This document shows, piece by piece, positions 1-9,147 of a DNA stretch of 64,000 bases. Within the stretch, counting starts at the first letter, position 1. Each line of letters begins with the position of its first letter. The DNA lies in the NCBI GenBank assembly GCA_002011035.2, contig MTLY02000001.1, positions 352,001 to 416,000 of the forward strand. Direction: 5' to 3'. The notes under the pieces are model-generated. The model was not told the origin of the DNA. It was given only the letters and a program-made list of their open reading frames with translations, and made no database searches. The translations under genes and the position numbers were made by a program. Origin of the DNA: Candidatus Hecatella orcuttiae (lineage in GTDB: Archaea > Thermoproteota > Bathyarchaeia > Hecatellales > Hecatellaceae).

Positions 1-1141
1 AAAAGCCGGATACAAAACAGTGCTCGTAGACCGGAGAGCCAAGCCACCTGCCTCAACGCTCGTTGACAACTTCAAGAGACTGGACGTGGCGAAGGATAAA
101 GGCAGGTTGAAGAAAGCAGTAGAGGAAAGCGACGCAGTCTTACCAGCTCTAGAGGACGAAGAAGCCTTACGGGTTCTGGAAGAAACTTGCTGCCAGGCAG
201 GGGTTCCCTACCTGCAGGATAACAGCGCCTTCGCCGTCACCTCCAATAAAATCCAGTCTCAGAGCTTCTTCAGGAAAATGGGCCTTCCAACTCCAGAAAT
301 CTGGCCTCGATGCCGGCTGCCCGTGATAGTCAAGCCCGCTCATGCGAGCGGAAGCACCAGCATATACAAGGTGGAAAGGATAGAGGAGCTGAGCCAAGCT
401 GTGGATGCTGTGTTGAAGACAGACCGTGAATACCTGATCCAAGAATACGTGGAAGGCCCATCCTTGTCCTTGGAGGTTTTATCCTGGAACGGCGAAGGGC
501 AGCCTCTTCAGGTCACAGGCCTAGAATTCGACCGAACCTTCGGCTGCAAACGGGTTGTGGCTCCATGCCGGCTTGATAGCTTTCTGGAGGAAGAGATATT
601 CGAAATGGGAAGGAGGATGGCTGAAGGGCTGAACCTATCGGGTTTAACTGATGTTCAATTAATCCTAGGCCCACAGGGGATCAGGGTCATAGAGATGAAC
701 GCTAGGCTGCCAAGTCAAACACCTACGGTGGTATACCATTCAACCGGCGTAAACATGGTTGAATTGCTCTGCTCACTTTTCACCCAAGGCAATCTGCGCC
801 CTGTGAAAATACCCGACCAGAAGGCTGTCATCTACCAGCATGTGAAAATTGAAGGAAAGCAACTGACAGTGACAGGAGAGCACAGCCTCTCGGACGCTGA
901 AGGCTTGAGGTTTGAGAAAAACTTCATGGGAGCGGATGAAGCCGTCACCAACCTCAACCCTGAGGGGGAGGCTGAAGGATGTGTAGCAACATTGATAACC
1001 GTGAGCCGTCGCCTCCGAGACGCGAAAAAGAAAATGGAAAAATCCGTGAACTCCCTTCGACACCGTTATGGGCTCACCGGCTTCTCTGACCCCTCACCAG
1101 AAGGTTTGAGGCAGAAGTTCTATGACGAGATTGACTCCTGA
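1..1141 (+). CDS. pylC: 3-methylornithine--L-lysine ligase PylC (5'-truncated by window)
   Basis: ATP-grasp protein with PylC motifs (EYVEGPSLSLEV, IEMNARLPSQTPTVVYHSTG); frame is open back to position 2 (KAGYKTVLVD); overlaps pylD. Confidence 0.93.
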   Translation, partial: KAGYKTVLVDRRAKPPASTLVDNFKRLDVAKDKGRLKKAVEESDAVLPALEDEEALRVLEETCCQAGVPYLQDNSAFAVTSNKIQSQSFFRKMGLPTPEIWPRCRLPVIVKPAHASGSTSIYKVERIEELSQAVDAVLKTDREYLIQEYVEGPSLSLEVLSWNGEGQPLQVTGLEFDRTFGCKRVVAPCRLDSFLEEEIFEMGRRMAEGLNLSGLTDVQLILGPQGIRVIEMNARLPSQTPTVVYHSTGVNMVELLCSLFTQGNLRPVKIPDQKAVIYQHVKIEGKQLTVTGEHSLSDAEGLRFEKNFMGADEAVTNLNPEGEAEGCVATLITVSRRLRDAKKKMEKSVNSLRHRYGLTGFSDPSPEGLRQKFYDEIDS

Positions 1142-1949
1142 GATTTTAAAGCCCATCCCCGAGACGGTTCCCCGATTTGATGAGGAGTTAAAAGCTAAAA
1201 TCGGCGTCAGCCTTCTGGAAGCAGCCCTCCGCGCAGCCGACTGCGGTGCAGCCGTAGAGAGGGCGTTGAAACGCTGTCGGGCCGCCGTTGTACCCATAAC
1301 TTCCGGGGAAGGCATCATTCCCGGCTTCGCTGAGGCTGTGGCATCCACTCTCCGCCATTTGGGATTGCAGGCTGAGCCAACCCGGAATTCGGACGTTCGG
1401 GGGTTCATCGAGGCTTTGGAGAAAAAATGTCAGCTCCTCTTCGCCGCCGACGACCATGTTTTCGCAGGCATGAACCTTCGAAATTTTAAGGTAGTGGACA
1501 ACGCCCCTGCCACCGGCCGAGGCTATGCGGCGGTTTTGGAATTAAAGCTAAAGGAGAAAAGTAAGTGCGCAGCAGTCATCGGAGTGGGAAAGGTGGGCTC
1601 CGCCGCCGTCGCTTATCTAGCTGGAAGAGGGTTTCCGGTTTATATCTACGATTCAAACCGCGCCAAAGCTGAGCATGTGAAAAACACGAACCCGGGGAGA
1701 AACATTCAGGTATGCAGCTCTGTGGAAGAATGTTTCAGCAAAGCTAGGGGAGTCATCTTGGCAGCTCCAGCCGCCAACTTGGTGACGGAGGCCATGGTGG
1801 ACGAAGACACCGTGATAGCCGCCCCGGGGATTCCTTTGGGACTCACAGCGGAGGCAAGGCGGAAGCTTCCTGAGAGGAATCTTATCCACGAACCTCTCAT
1901 GCTGGGAGTGGCGACTATGGCGGTGGAGCTTCTCAAACCTAAACCCTAA
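1122..1949 (+). CDS. pylD: pyrrolysine synthase PylD
   Basis: MTRLTP start, VVPITSGEGIIPGF, AADDHVF, NAPATGRGY, Rossmann GVGKVG, APGIP, HEPLMLGVATM. Confidence 0.93.
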   Translation: MTRLTPEILKPIPETVPRFDEELKAKIGVSLLEAALRAADCGAAVERALKRCRAAVVPITSGEGIIPGFAEAVASTLRHLGLQAEPTRNSDVRGFIEALEKKCQLLFAADDHVFAGMNLRNFKVVDNAPATGRGYAAVLELKLKEKSKCAAVIGVGKVGSAAVAYLAGRGFPVYIYDSNRAKAEHVKNTNPGRNIQVCSSVEECFSKARGVILAAPAANLVTEAMVDEDTVIAAPGIPLGLTAEARRKLPERNLIHEPLMLGVATMAVELLKPKP

Positions 1950-2084
1950 GCTATCGGTGTCTGAAAAACCAGCAACCCCTCTAAGATTATTACCTTACCC
2001 TTGCTTTTCAGCTTAAGGAAATATGAAAGAGAAAAATACAGAGGGTAGTAGGGGAGACTGGGCGGAAATAAAAGAGAGAGGTGT

Positions 2085-3476
2085 TTAGAAGGTGAACTTC
2101 AACCCTAGTCCTTCCAAGGTCTCCACAGCCTTCCCGTAGACCTCCACGTACTCCGGTGTAGGAGTCACTTTAACCACGTCGTAGCATTGCTGGAATGTCT
2201 TACCCTGAGGCGGGTTCCTGTAGTTTCCCTCGTAAAGGGATATCAGCTTGTCCAAGATCTCGTTCACAGTCTCCACCTTCATCCCAGCCACAGCCTTGGC
2301 AGCTTCACCCATAATCCTCGCCTCCATACCTGTGGTGTAATCCAAGGCCACACCCTTAGCCGCAGCGGACCCAGACATCAGCTCCCGGCCGCTGCCTGTG
2401 TCCGTGATGGCCTGCGCAGCCGTTTCCAGGAGACACATCTCCGTGCAAGGCTGGGCTAGAGGATAGTACTGGTTGGAAGTCAACAGGTGCGTGTTGGCGT
2501 CGATGGCCATGTTGCAGTGCCCAGCCACCGTCAAGGGCTCCCGGGCGGTGGTGATCCCCCACCTGACATGAACAGGCCCGTCTAGGTGGAAGTCGGCGTT
2601 GCAGATGGTGAAGGCGATGAGGTGGGAGGACACGTCCACGATGGTGGTTTCCTCCAAGCCGCCGGCGTAGCCGCCGAAAGTGGGCATCTGCTCGATCATG
2701 ATGATGTCGCCGTTCATGATCCACCCTGCTATCATCTGAAGCCCTCCTAGGTCCACCTTCAACTCGTTGAGCAGGGACATTTCATGGGGGTCAGACGCCC
2801 TCATGCCGCCTTCGAAGTCGGCGGCAATTCGCCCCGCAGGGCTTAGGGGCGTCTCTGGTCCCTATAAGCCCATGCCAGGCCTGCCCACCTTATGGCAGGC
2901 TTGCCTGACTAAAGCGACCTCCATTCTTGTCCCTTTGATTTCCCAAGGCGAGTTGGGGAAGGGCTCGTTTCCTTCCACGGTGTTCATCACTCCGCTGACA
3001 ATACAGTCGACAATGGCTTCCTGAGCGTAGCTTTGCATCATGGGAAGGAAAATTTCCTCCGAAACCGGAGCGCCTGTAGGTCCGCCTTGGACGATAGGCC
3101 ATCGGGAGTCTTGAGGAGACCTGGGAACCATGTCCACGGCGTCCCTTCCTTCGCCGATGACCAGCTTATCAGGGGCTTTCTTGATGGCCTCCTTGACCTC
3201 TTCCTCGGTGACTTTTATAACCCGACCGGTGTTGATGCAGTAGACGCCGTTCTGAACCAGCATCTCCATGCCGGCTAGGAACAGGCTGTTGATGGTGTCC
3301 TTGTCGGTGGGTATGACTTCCTTTTCATTGAACTTTATCCCGTATTTCTTCTTGAGCGCCGACGCGCTTTGAGGGATAATTTTAAAGTCCCATTCTTTTT
3401 CGGAAACCTTAGGCCCTGTCTTAGCTCTGTTGAAAGCTTCAAACACGTCTACCGGTCTTTCCACAACTTTTTTCAA
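2085..3476 (-). CDS. mtmB: monomethylamine:corrinoid methyltransferase MtmB, 463 aa with in-frame TAG (Pyl205) at 2862-2864
   Basis: ORFs 2862..3476 and 2085..2804 share a frame separated by one TAG; context GRPGMGL-[TAG]-GPETPLS matches the MtmB Pyl site; TTG start with GGAGGTGA SD; TAA stop. Confidence 0.96.
2793..2854 (-). promoter_or_regulatory. PYLIS-like RNA structure downstream of the mtmB amber codon
   Basis: 8-bp outer stem AGACGCCC/GGGCGUCU starting 8 nt after UAG, enclosing a 7-bp hairpin UGCCGCC/GGCGGCA and a 4-bp GCCC/GGGC hairpin. Confidence 0.5.
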
Positions 3477-3574
3477 TTTCTCACCTCCTTTCCCTTTGAT
3501 TTTTAACTGTCTCTTTTACCCTTTAGCACACCCTCATGCTCAGTCGGGCATGCGGGTTTGGTAAAAGAGTTGCA

Positions 3575-4225
3575 TCATCTACCAACTAGGTTTTTGGCTA
3601 CCTTAACCGCTTCCGCTGCATCCGCCGCGTAGCCGTCGCCGGCAATCTGCTCCACATACTCCCTTGAAACCGGCGCCCCTCCGTGGAGAGTTTTAACCCT
3701 GTCTCTTAACCCTGCCTCCTTCAGAGCGTCCACTATTTCTTTTTGAGCCGGCCTGGTGGTGGTCATCAAGGTTGAGGCGGCGACGATGTCGGCGTCGATC
3801 TCCTTAACCTTCTTCAGAAACTCTGCGATGGGGACATCTCGGCCTATGTCTACAACCTCAAAACCTGCCCCTCGCAGCATGGTGGCCACGAGGTTTTTGC
3901 CGATTTCATGGATGTCCCCCTCCGGTGTGCCTATGACAACTTTCCCCAGTTTGGCTTTCTCCGCCTGAGCGGTGGTCATTTTTTCCTCCAGTATTTTTGT
4001 GGCTTCGCTCATGGCATCGGCTGCCAGCACTATTTGGGGAAGGTATAGTTCCCCTTTGTCGAAACGGTCTGAAATGGTCTCCATTCCTTTCGCGAGGCCT
4101 TGGGTGATAGCTTCATAGGGGTCAATGCCGGCTTTAAGGGCTTCTTTAGCTCCCTCGACAGCCGCAGACACGTCCATCTCTTCGATAGCCCGCTTTAGTT
4201 TATTAAATATCTCTTCTTTGGACAT
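3575..4225 (-). CDS. mtmC: methylamine corrinoid protein MtmC
   Basis: B12-binding motifs EGDIHEIGKNLV and STLMTTT; directly upstream of mtmB; likely start ATG 4225 (ORF extends to 4234). Confidence 0.9.
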   Translation of the reverse strand: MSKEEIFNKLKRAIEEMDVSAAVEGAKEALKAGIDPYEAITQGLAKGMETISDRFDKGELYLPQIVLAADAMSEATKILEEKMTTAQAEKAKLGKVVIGTPEGDIHEIGKNLVATMLRGAGFEVVDIGRDVPIAEFLKKVKEIDADIVAASTLMTTTRPAQKEIVDALKEAGLRDRVKTLHGGAPVSREYVEQIAGDGYAADAAEAVKVAKNLVGR

Positions 4226-4395
4226 ATAGAACAAATCCTCTTTTCATTCAGCAAGATTTTATAGGCAAATCGCGGGTATTTAAATTTTAGGAACTTGGAG
4301 GATATCGAAGAAAAAGCGTTTTCTGATGGAGATTTTACCGTTAAATGGTAGGCTGCATCTTTACTTCGAAGAAGAAGCTGGTTTCTGTCTCTTCT

Positions 4396-5028
4396 TTATA
4401 TTCTTCCCCTTTTTTCGAGGGTTGTTATGACTTCTTTTATCGTTTTAGGCTCCACATCCAAGCCGTATTTCTCTTTGAATTTTCTGCTGGCTTCCCTGAA
4501 GTTTTTGCAGATGTTAGGGTCGGTTTTAATGGCTCTTTCCATGAGGTTGCAGAGGTCCTCGGTGAGGTTCCACGGGTAAACGAACCACGCCCACCCTCTC
4601 ACCTTGACGGCATAATAATCGGGAATAAACTCGGAGCTAGTGATGTACTGCAGGACGGCTACCTTAAGCTCCTCGGGGTTGAAGCGTTTAATGTACTCGA
4701 CGGAGACCTTCATGCTTTTACCGGTGTCCACGATGTCGTCCACCACCAAGACCTTCCGCCCTCTGAGTTTAAAAGGAACCTTGTAGGGGATGGTTGCCTC
4801 ATCCCTATGCTGCCCTGTGGTGTCCAGCCAATGTTCAACCTTAAGCCCCAAGAGGTTGGTTATGCCTAAGAGGTCGGAGATGATCCTTCCCGGCACAAAG
4901 CCGCTGCGGGCGAGGGCTATGAGCGTATCAGGCCTGTAGCCGGATTTCTCTATCTTGGCCACGAGATTTTTGCACCATCGGTATATTTCATCCCAAGTTA
5001 CTATCCTGCACCGCATCTCCAACGGCAT
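4396..5028 (-). CDS. type I phosphoribosyltransferase (purine PRT-like)
   Basis: PRPP-binding VLVVDDIVDTGKS, ARSG, WFVYPW. Confidence 0.85.
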   Translation of the reverse strand: MPLEMRCRIVTWDEIYRWCKNLVAKIEKSGYRPDTLIALARSGFVPGRIISDLLGITNLLGLKVEHWLDTTGQHRDEATIPYKVPFKLRGRKVLVVDDIVDTGKSMKVSVEYIKRFNPEELKVAVLQYITSSEFIPDYYAVKVRGWAWFVYPWNLTEDLCNLMERAIKTDPNICKNFREASRKFKEKYGLDVEPKTIKEVITTLEKRGRI

Positions 5029-5089
5029 GATCTCCTCAACCCTGCGAGAGAACTTCCGCCATTTAGGTGGATGAACCTTTCCATGGGGT

Positions 5090-5240
5090 TGGTGGGCCCG
5101 TCCGGATTTGAACCGGAGACCATTCCCCGAGGAGGCAGGGCTTGGCCGTTCCTACCTCCCTACAGGTTATGAGCCTGTCGCTCTTTTAGTGGGTATGTCT
5201 CCCTTTGAGGCATACCATAACCTAGCTGAGCTACGGGCCC
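5090..5240 (-). tRNA. tRNA-Ile2(CAU) with two non-canonical introns (D-loop 5185-5218; position 43/44 5123-5161), CCA encoded
   Basis: GGGCCCG acceptor stem, ACAGG-CTCATAA-CCTGT anticodon arm, TTCAAAT T-loop; both inserts form helices with relaxed BHB junctions. Ile2 rather than Met is inferred from the acceptor stem. Confidence 0.85.
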
Positions 5241-5414
5241 TGATCCTAATTGGAGGGATTTACCATTTAAGATTTTTCCGAGAACAACATTAAATCCTGA
5301 CTTACAGCCTACTTCTTCGCCTTTTTCCCCGTTTTCTTTTTACTTCCACACGGCAAACTGTTTCGCCCCCTTTTAATTAACCGATTAAACGAGAGTTAAA
5401 CGTTTCGACTGCCT

Positions 5415-5900
5415 TCAGGTTAAGGCTCGGGTTATCTCTCTTCTAAGCTCTTCCGCAGTTTTACCCTCCGTGGATATCCCCAGCTCCTCAGCTATCTTAA
5501 CGAGCTTATCTCGGCCTACCTTTAGACTCGGAGGGGTAACCGGTAGAGGAGTGGAGGGCGCCTGTTCTCTTTTTTCAACTTTCAAATTTTTTCCGTACAC
5601 GATTCTTTCTTTAGGCCTGCTCAGAGGAGGAGTCTTCCTTACTGTTTCAGGTTTTTTGGCAGTGGCAACGGGGGGATTCGGGGTGGGGGCTTCAGGGTAC
5701 ACTGCCTTTTGTAGCTCCCTCTCCATTTCCATTCTAGCTTTTTCAAATTCCCCTGTGGCCCTGCCGAGGGCTCGGGCTAGTTCCGGAAGCTTGTTGGTGC
5801 CGAAGAGAAGGAAGAGAATGGCGATTAAGATGATGAACCATTCTAGCCCCCGGATTCCGCCGACTTGTAGGATGAAGTCCAGATTCCCTGAGGTGAGCAT
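5415..5900 (-). CDS. tatA: twin-arginine translocase TatA/E family subunit
   Basis: TM helix then LLFGTNKLPELARALGRATGEF; Pro-rich linker; C-terminal LGISTEGKT helix; true start may be downstream. Confidence 0.85.
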   Translation of the reverse strand: MLTSGNLDFILQVGGIRGLEWFIILIAILFLLFGTNKLPELARALGRATGEFEKARMEMERELQKAVYPEAPTPNPPVATAKKPETVRKTPPLSRPKERIVYGKNLKVEKREQAPSTPLPVTPPSLKVGRDKLVKIAEELGISTEGKTAEELRREITRALT

Positions 5901-6062
5901 GCTGCCTACATTTAACTTTAGTCTCCCTTCCAGCTTATCAAGATTTTCCCTCGAATCCGGAATCCGGAAACGCTGCGGGAACGGGAAAACGTATTTTTGG
6001 CACAGCGTCGGTTTAATTTCAGCTGAGGAATAGTATTAACGGCTGCGAAGCAGGCGCTTGGG

Positions 6063-7859
6063 ATGAGGGTTGCAGTCATCGACAGAGACGTCTGCCGTCC
6101 TAAAGACTGCGGAAGGGCATGCTACCGTTTCTGCCCTATGGTTAGGAATAAGGTCTACGCTGTGAGGTTTGAAGAGGGAGAAGAAAAGCCGACCATCGTG
6201 GAGCCTCTATGCACAGGCTGCGGCATTTGCATCAAAAAATGCCCCTTCTCAGCCCTAAGCATCGTAAACCTTCCGGAAGAACTGGAGGGGGAATGCAGCC
6301 ACCGCTACGGCGCCAACGCCTTTAAGCTCTACAGGCTTCCTGTGCCGGCGCCCTCGAAGGTAACCGGGCTCCTGGGGAAAAACGGAATAGGCAAATCCAC
6401 CGCCCTCCGGATTCTTTCAGGGGAGAGTAAACTTAACCTAGGGGAATTCGCTGAGCCCCCGGACTGGAGTCGGATAATAAGGCGTTTCAGGGGGTCGCTC
6501 CTCCAAGAATATTTCACCAAACTCAGCCGGGGGGAGTTAAAAACAGTTCACAAACCCCAGTACATAACCCGCATACCTCAGCTGTTGAAGGGGGAAGTGG
6601 AAGAAGTTTTGGAGAGGCTGGATGAGCGGGGTAAGATGCGCTATGCGGTGGAGGTCTTGGAGCTTCAGGAACTCTTGGACAGGCCTGTGGAAGTCCTTTC
6701 AGGAGGAGAATGCCAAAGGCTGGCCATAGCCGCCGCCCTCTGCAAGGAAGGAGACGTTTACATTTTCGACGAGCCCTCCAGCTATTTGGATGTGAGGCAG
6801 AGGATTAACGCTGCCAAGGCTATCCGAAGCTTGCTAGGCGAAGGTAAGACGGTGCTAATAGCGGAGCACGACCTAGCTGTCTTAGACTACCTCTCCGATC
6901 AAGTGTGCCTTTTCTACGGAAAGCCGGGAGTCTACGGAGTGGTTTCTCCACCCCAAGGAGTTAGGGCGGGAATAAACATCTACCTCGAAGGCTACCTGCC
7001 CAGCGACAATGTCAGGTTCAGGGATGAGCCTATCCGTTTCCACATCAAGCCTCCGACTCCCAGCTGGGTTTCCACGAAGCCGCTCTTCCAGTGGAGCCGC
7101 CTGCAGAAATCCTACGGAGGCTTCAGCCTGAAGGTGGAAGAGGGCGCTGTCCACGAAGGCCAAGTGGTAGGCGTCCTCGGACCCAACGGCATAGGTAAGA
7201 CTACCTTCATGAAAATGTTAAGCGGGTTGGAGAAGCCGGATGAGGGCTCCGTGGCCAACCCTGAGGAAGTTTCCGTCAGCTACAAGCCTCAATACGTTTC
7301 CACAGACTACCCCGGCTCCGTGGAGGAGTTCCTTAGGTCTTCTGCCGGCGAGGAGTTCGATTCCCCGAGGGTCAAGTCCGAGGTCTTAGCCCCTCTGGGG
7401 TTGGAGGAATTTCTGGAAAGGGATTTTTCAAGCCTCAGCGGAGGGGAAGCCCAGAAGGTAGCCATAGCCGCTTGCTTGGCTAAACGGGCTACGCTGTATC
7501 TCCTAGACGAGCCCAGCGCCTTCCTCGACGTGGAGGAAAGGCTGGCGGTGGCTAGAATCATCAGGAAGACAGCGGAGACTTGGGGTGCAGCGGCCCTTGT
7601 GGTGGAGCACGACGTCATCGTCCAAGACTTCACAGCCGACAGGCTGATACCCTTCTCCGGAACACCGGGAAGAAACGGCTACGCGTCTTCTCCCACCGGC
7701 CTGAGGGAGGGAATGAACTCTTTCCTGAAAGGGTTAGGTGTAACCTTCCGGAGAGACCCCTCCAGCGGGAGGCCTAGGGTTAACAAGGAAAACTCCCAGC
7801 TGGACCGCCGTCAAAAGGCGTTGGGCGAGTACTACTATGTTCCCTCTAGCGGAGAATAG
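6063..7859 (+). CDS. rli: ribosome recycling ATPase ABCE1/Rli1
   Basis: N-terminal 2x[4Fe-4S] Cys motifs, two ABC domains, FRRDPSSGRPRVNK C-terminus. Confidence 0.97.
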   Translation: MRVAVIDRDVCRPKDCGRACYRFCPMVRNKVYAVRFEEGEEKPTIVEPLCTGCGICIKKCPFSALSIVNLPEELEGECSHRYGANAFKLYRLPVPAPSKVTGLLGKNGIGKSTALRILSGESKLNLGEFAEPPDWSRIIRRFRGSLLQEYFTKLSRGELKTVHKPQYITRIPQLLKGEVEEVLERLDERGKMRYAVEVLELQELLDRPVEVLSGGECQRLAIAAALCKEGDVYIFDEPSSYLDVRQRINAAKAIRSLLGEGKTVLIAEHDLAVLDYLSDQVCLFYGKPGVYGVVSPPQGVRAGINIYLEGYLPSDNVRFRDEPIRFHIKPPTPSWVSTKPLFQWSRLQKSYGGFSLKVEEGAVHEGQVVGVLGPNGIGKTTFMKMLSGLEKPDEGSVANPEEVSVSYKPQYVSTDYPGSVEEFLRSSAGEEFDSPRVKSEVLAPLGLEEFLERDFSSLSGGEAQKVAIAACLAKRATLYLLDEPSAFLDVEERLAVARIIRKTAETWGAAALVVEHDVIVQDFTADRLIPFSGTPGRNGYASSPTGLREGMNSFLKGLGVTFRRDPSSGRPRVNKENSQLDRRQKALGEYYYVPSSGE

Positions 7860-7991
7860 CCCACCCATGGGAAGGAACTTCCAGAAGCATATACTCCTCC
7901 CGGGGATTTTCTGCCACATAAAAAACCTATCGCCATATATGGCCATATAAGATGAGACTCGCCCGGTCTGCTGCGGCTCGTTAGGCTGTTT

Positions 7992-8339
7992 TTAGAAGGT
8001 CATTATTGTGAATCCTTCACTCAGCCGGTCTGCGATGTAGATGGGGGCGCCCACTATCTTCACACCTTGTTCCTGAACATCCAAGTCTAAGCCCAGTTCT
8101 CTGACGTTGGCGGAGCACGCGGCTATCTCAACCCCTAAGCCCTTCACCTCCTCTAGGAGGTCTTTGACTTCCCCTGAGAGGTCTAGGGCCAGCCACTCCA
8201 CGCCTGAGCCGTAGAAAAGCAGCCTGATTTCTCTGAGGAAGTCAAGCTTCTTCAGGTCTCGGGTGAGGATCAAGCCCTGCCTCACCCTGTCCTCCCCGTT
8301 CCGGCTGCTGAGGATGACCACCAGCAGTTTTTCACTCAA
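7992..8339 (-). CDS. DsrE-family protein
   Basis: LLFYGSGV and IAACSANV motifs, 115 aa; last gene of the sulfite reductase operon. Confidence 0.7.
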   Translation of the reverse strand: MSEKLLVVILSSRNGEDRVRQGLILTRDLKKLDFLREIRLLFYGSGVEWLALDLSGEVKDLLEEVKGLGVEIAACSANVRELGLDLDVQEQGVKIVGAPIYIADRLSEGFTIMTF

Positions 8340-9147
8340 GGCTGATGTCCCCCAACAAGTCTCTGTAGTGAGCTTCCTTCAACCTTTCCACCTGCAGCCC
8401 AGCGGACATTAGATCTTTCCAAGAGCCGGGGTAAAGCTTAACTTTTTGGAAGCCTGCAAGCCTGAAGGCATAGAAAACAAGCGCCGCGGAGGCTCCGTCG
8501 CTGGAGTAGGTTATTATCTCCTTATCCCGGGATATGAAATGCTCGTCGATGAGTCTTTCCATTTCCTCCCGGCCTGCGAGGACTTTTCCCCTTCCAGCAA
8601 ACATCTTCCAAGGCATGGTTTTAGCCCCCTTGAGGTGACCGTCCAGATAGTCAAGCCTGCTCCTCACGTCGACAAGGACCATGTGGGGGGACCCGGCTTT
8701 CTCCCTGATTTCTTCCCCCGTGGCTACTATGTGGATGTTCTCTCGGACGCTGTGCATTTTGGTTTCTTCAAGAGGCTTCTTCAAACTCACGGGGAGGCCT
8801 CTGTCAGCCCAAGAGCGGAACTCCACCTCGAGGACGGCGACCTTGAAATGGCCTGCCCGCTCCAGAGCCCATGCCAGCCTTGAAGCGTGGGTTCCCCCTC
8901 GGTCGTCGTAGGTTACCACCAGTGTTTCATCTTCCACCCCCAGCTTCCCCAGCAAAGCAGCCACCCTCTCCGGCTGTTCATCTTCGAGAATTCTTTGAAG
9001 AGGCAGAGATACAGCTCCCTTTACATGACCCCTGCGAAAGTCTTCCGCATCCCTAGCGTCCACAACTTTCACCCCCGGGTCCTCAAGCCTTGCGCTGAGC
9101 CATTCAGCTCCCACCAGGGGGTGGGGATACCCGGTTTTCCCGCTCAA
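8332..9147 (-). CDS. tandem-domain rhodanese/sulfurtransferase (catalytic Cys replaced by Ser)
   Basis: DAR..GHVKGA, DVR..GHLKGA, YPGSW; active loop reads YSSDG; TTG start overlaps the sir stop. Confidence 0.85.
   Translation of the reverse strand: MSGKTGYPHPLVGAEWLSARLEDPGVKVVDARDAEDFRRGHVKGAVSLPLQRILEDEQPERVAALLGKLGVEDETLVVTYDDRGGTHASRLAWALERAGHFKVAVLEVEFRSWADRGLPVSLKKPLEETKMHSVRENIHIVATGEEIREKAGSPHMVLVDVRSRLDYLDGHLKGAKTMPWKMFAGRGKVLAGREEMERLIDEHFISRDKEIITYSSDGASAALVFYAFRLAGFQKVKLYPGSWKDLMSAGLQVERLKEAHYRDLLGDISLE

Noticed and set aside
2085-3476. mtmB as a nonsense pseudogene or two genes
   Set aside because: The single TAG lies exactly at the conserved Pyl position and pyl genes are adjacent
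1950-4395. tRNA-Pyl in the intergenic gaps
   Set aside because: No cloverleaf with a CUA anticodon arm found; probably upstream of the window
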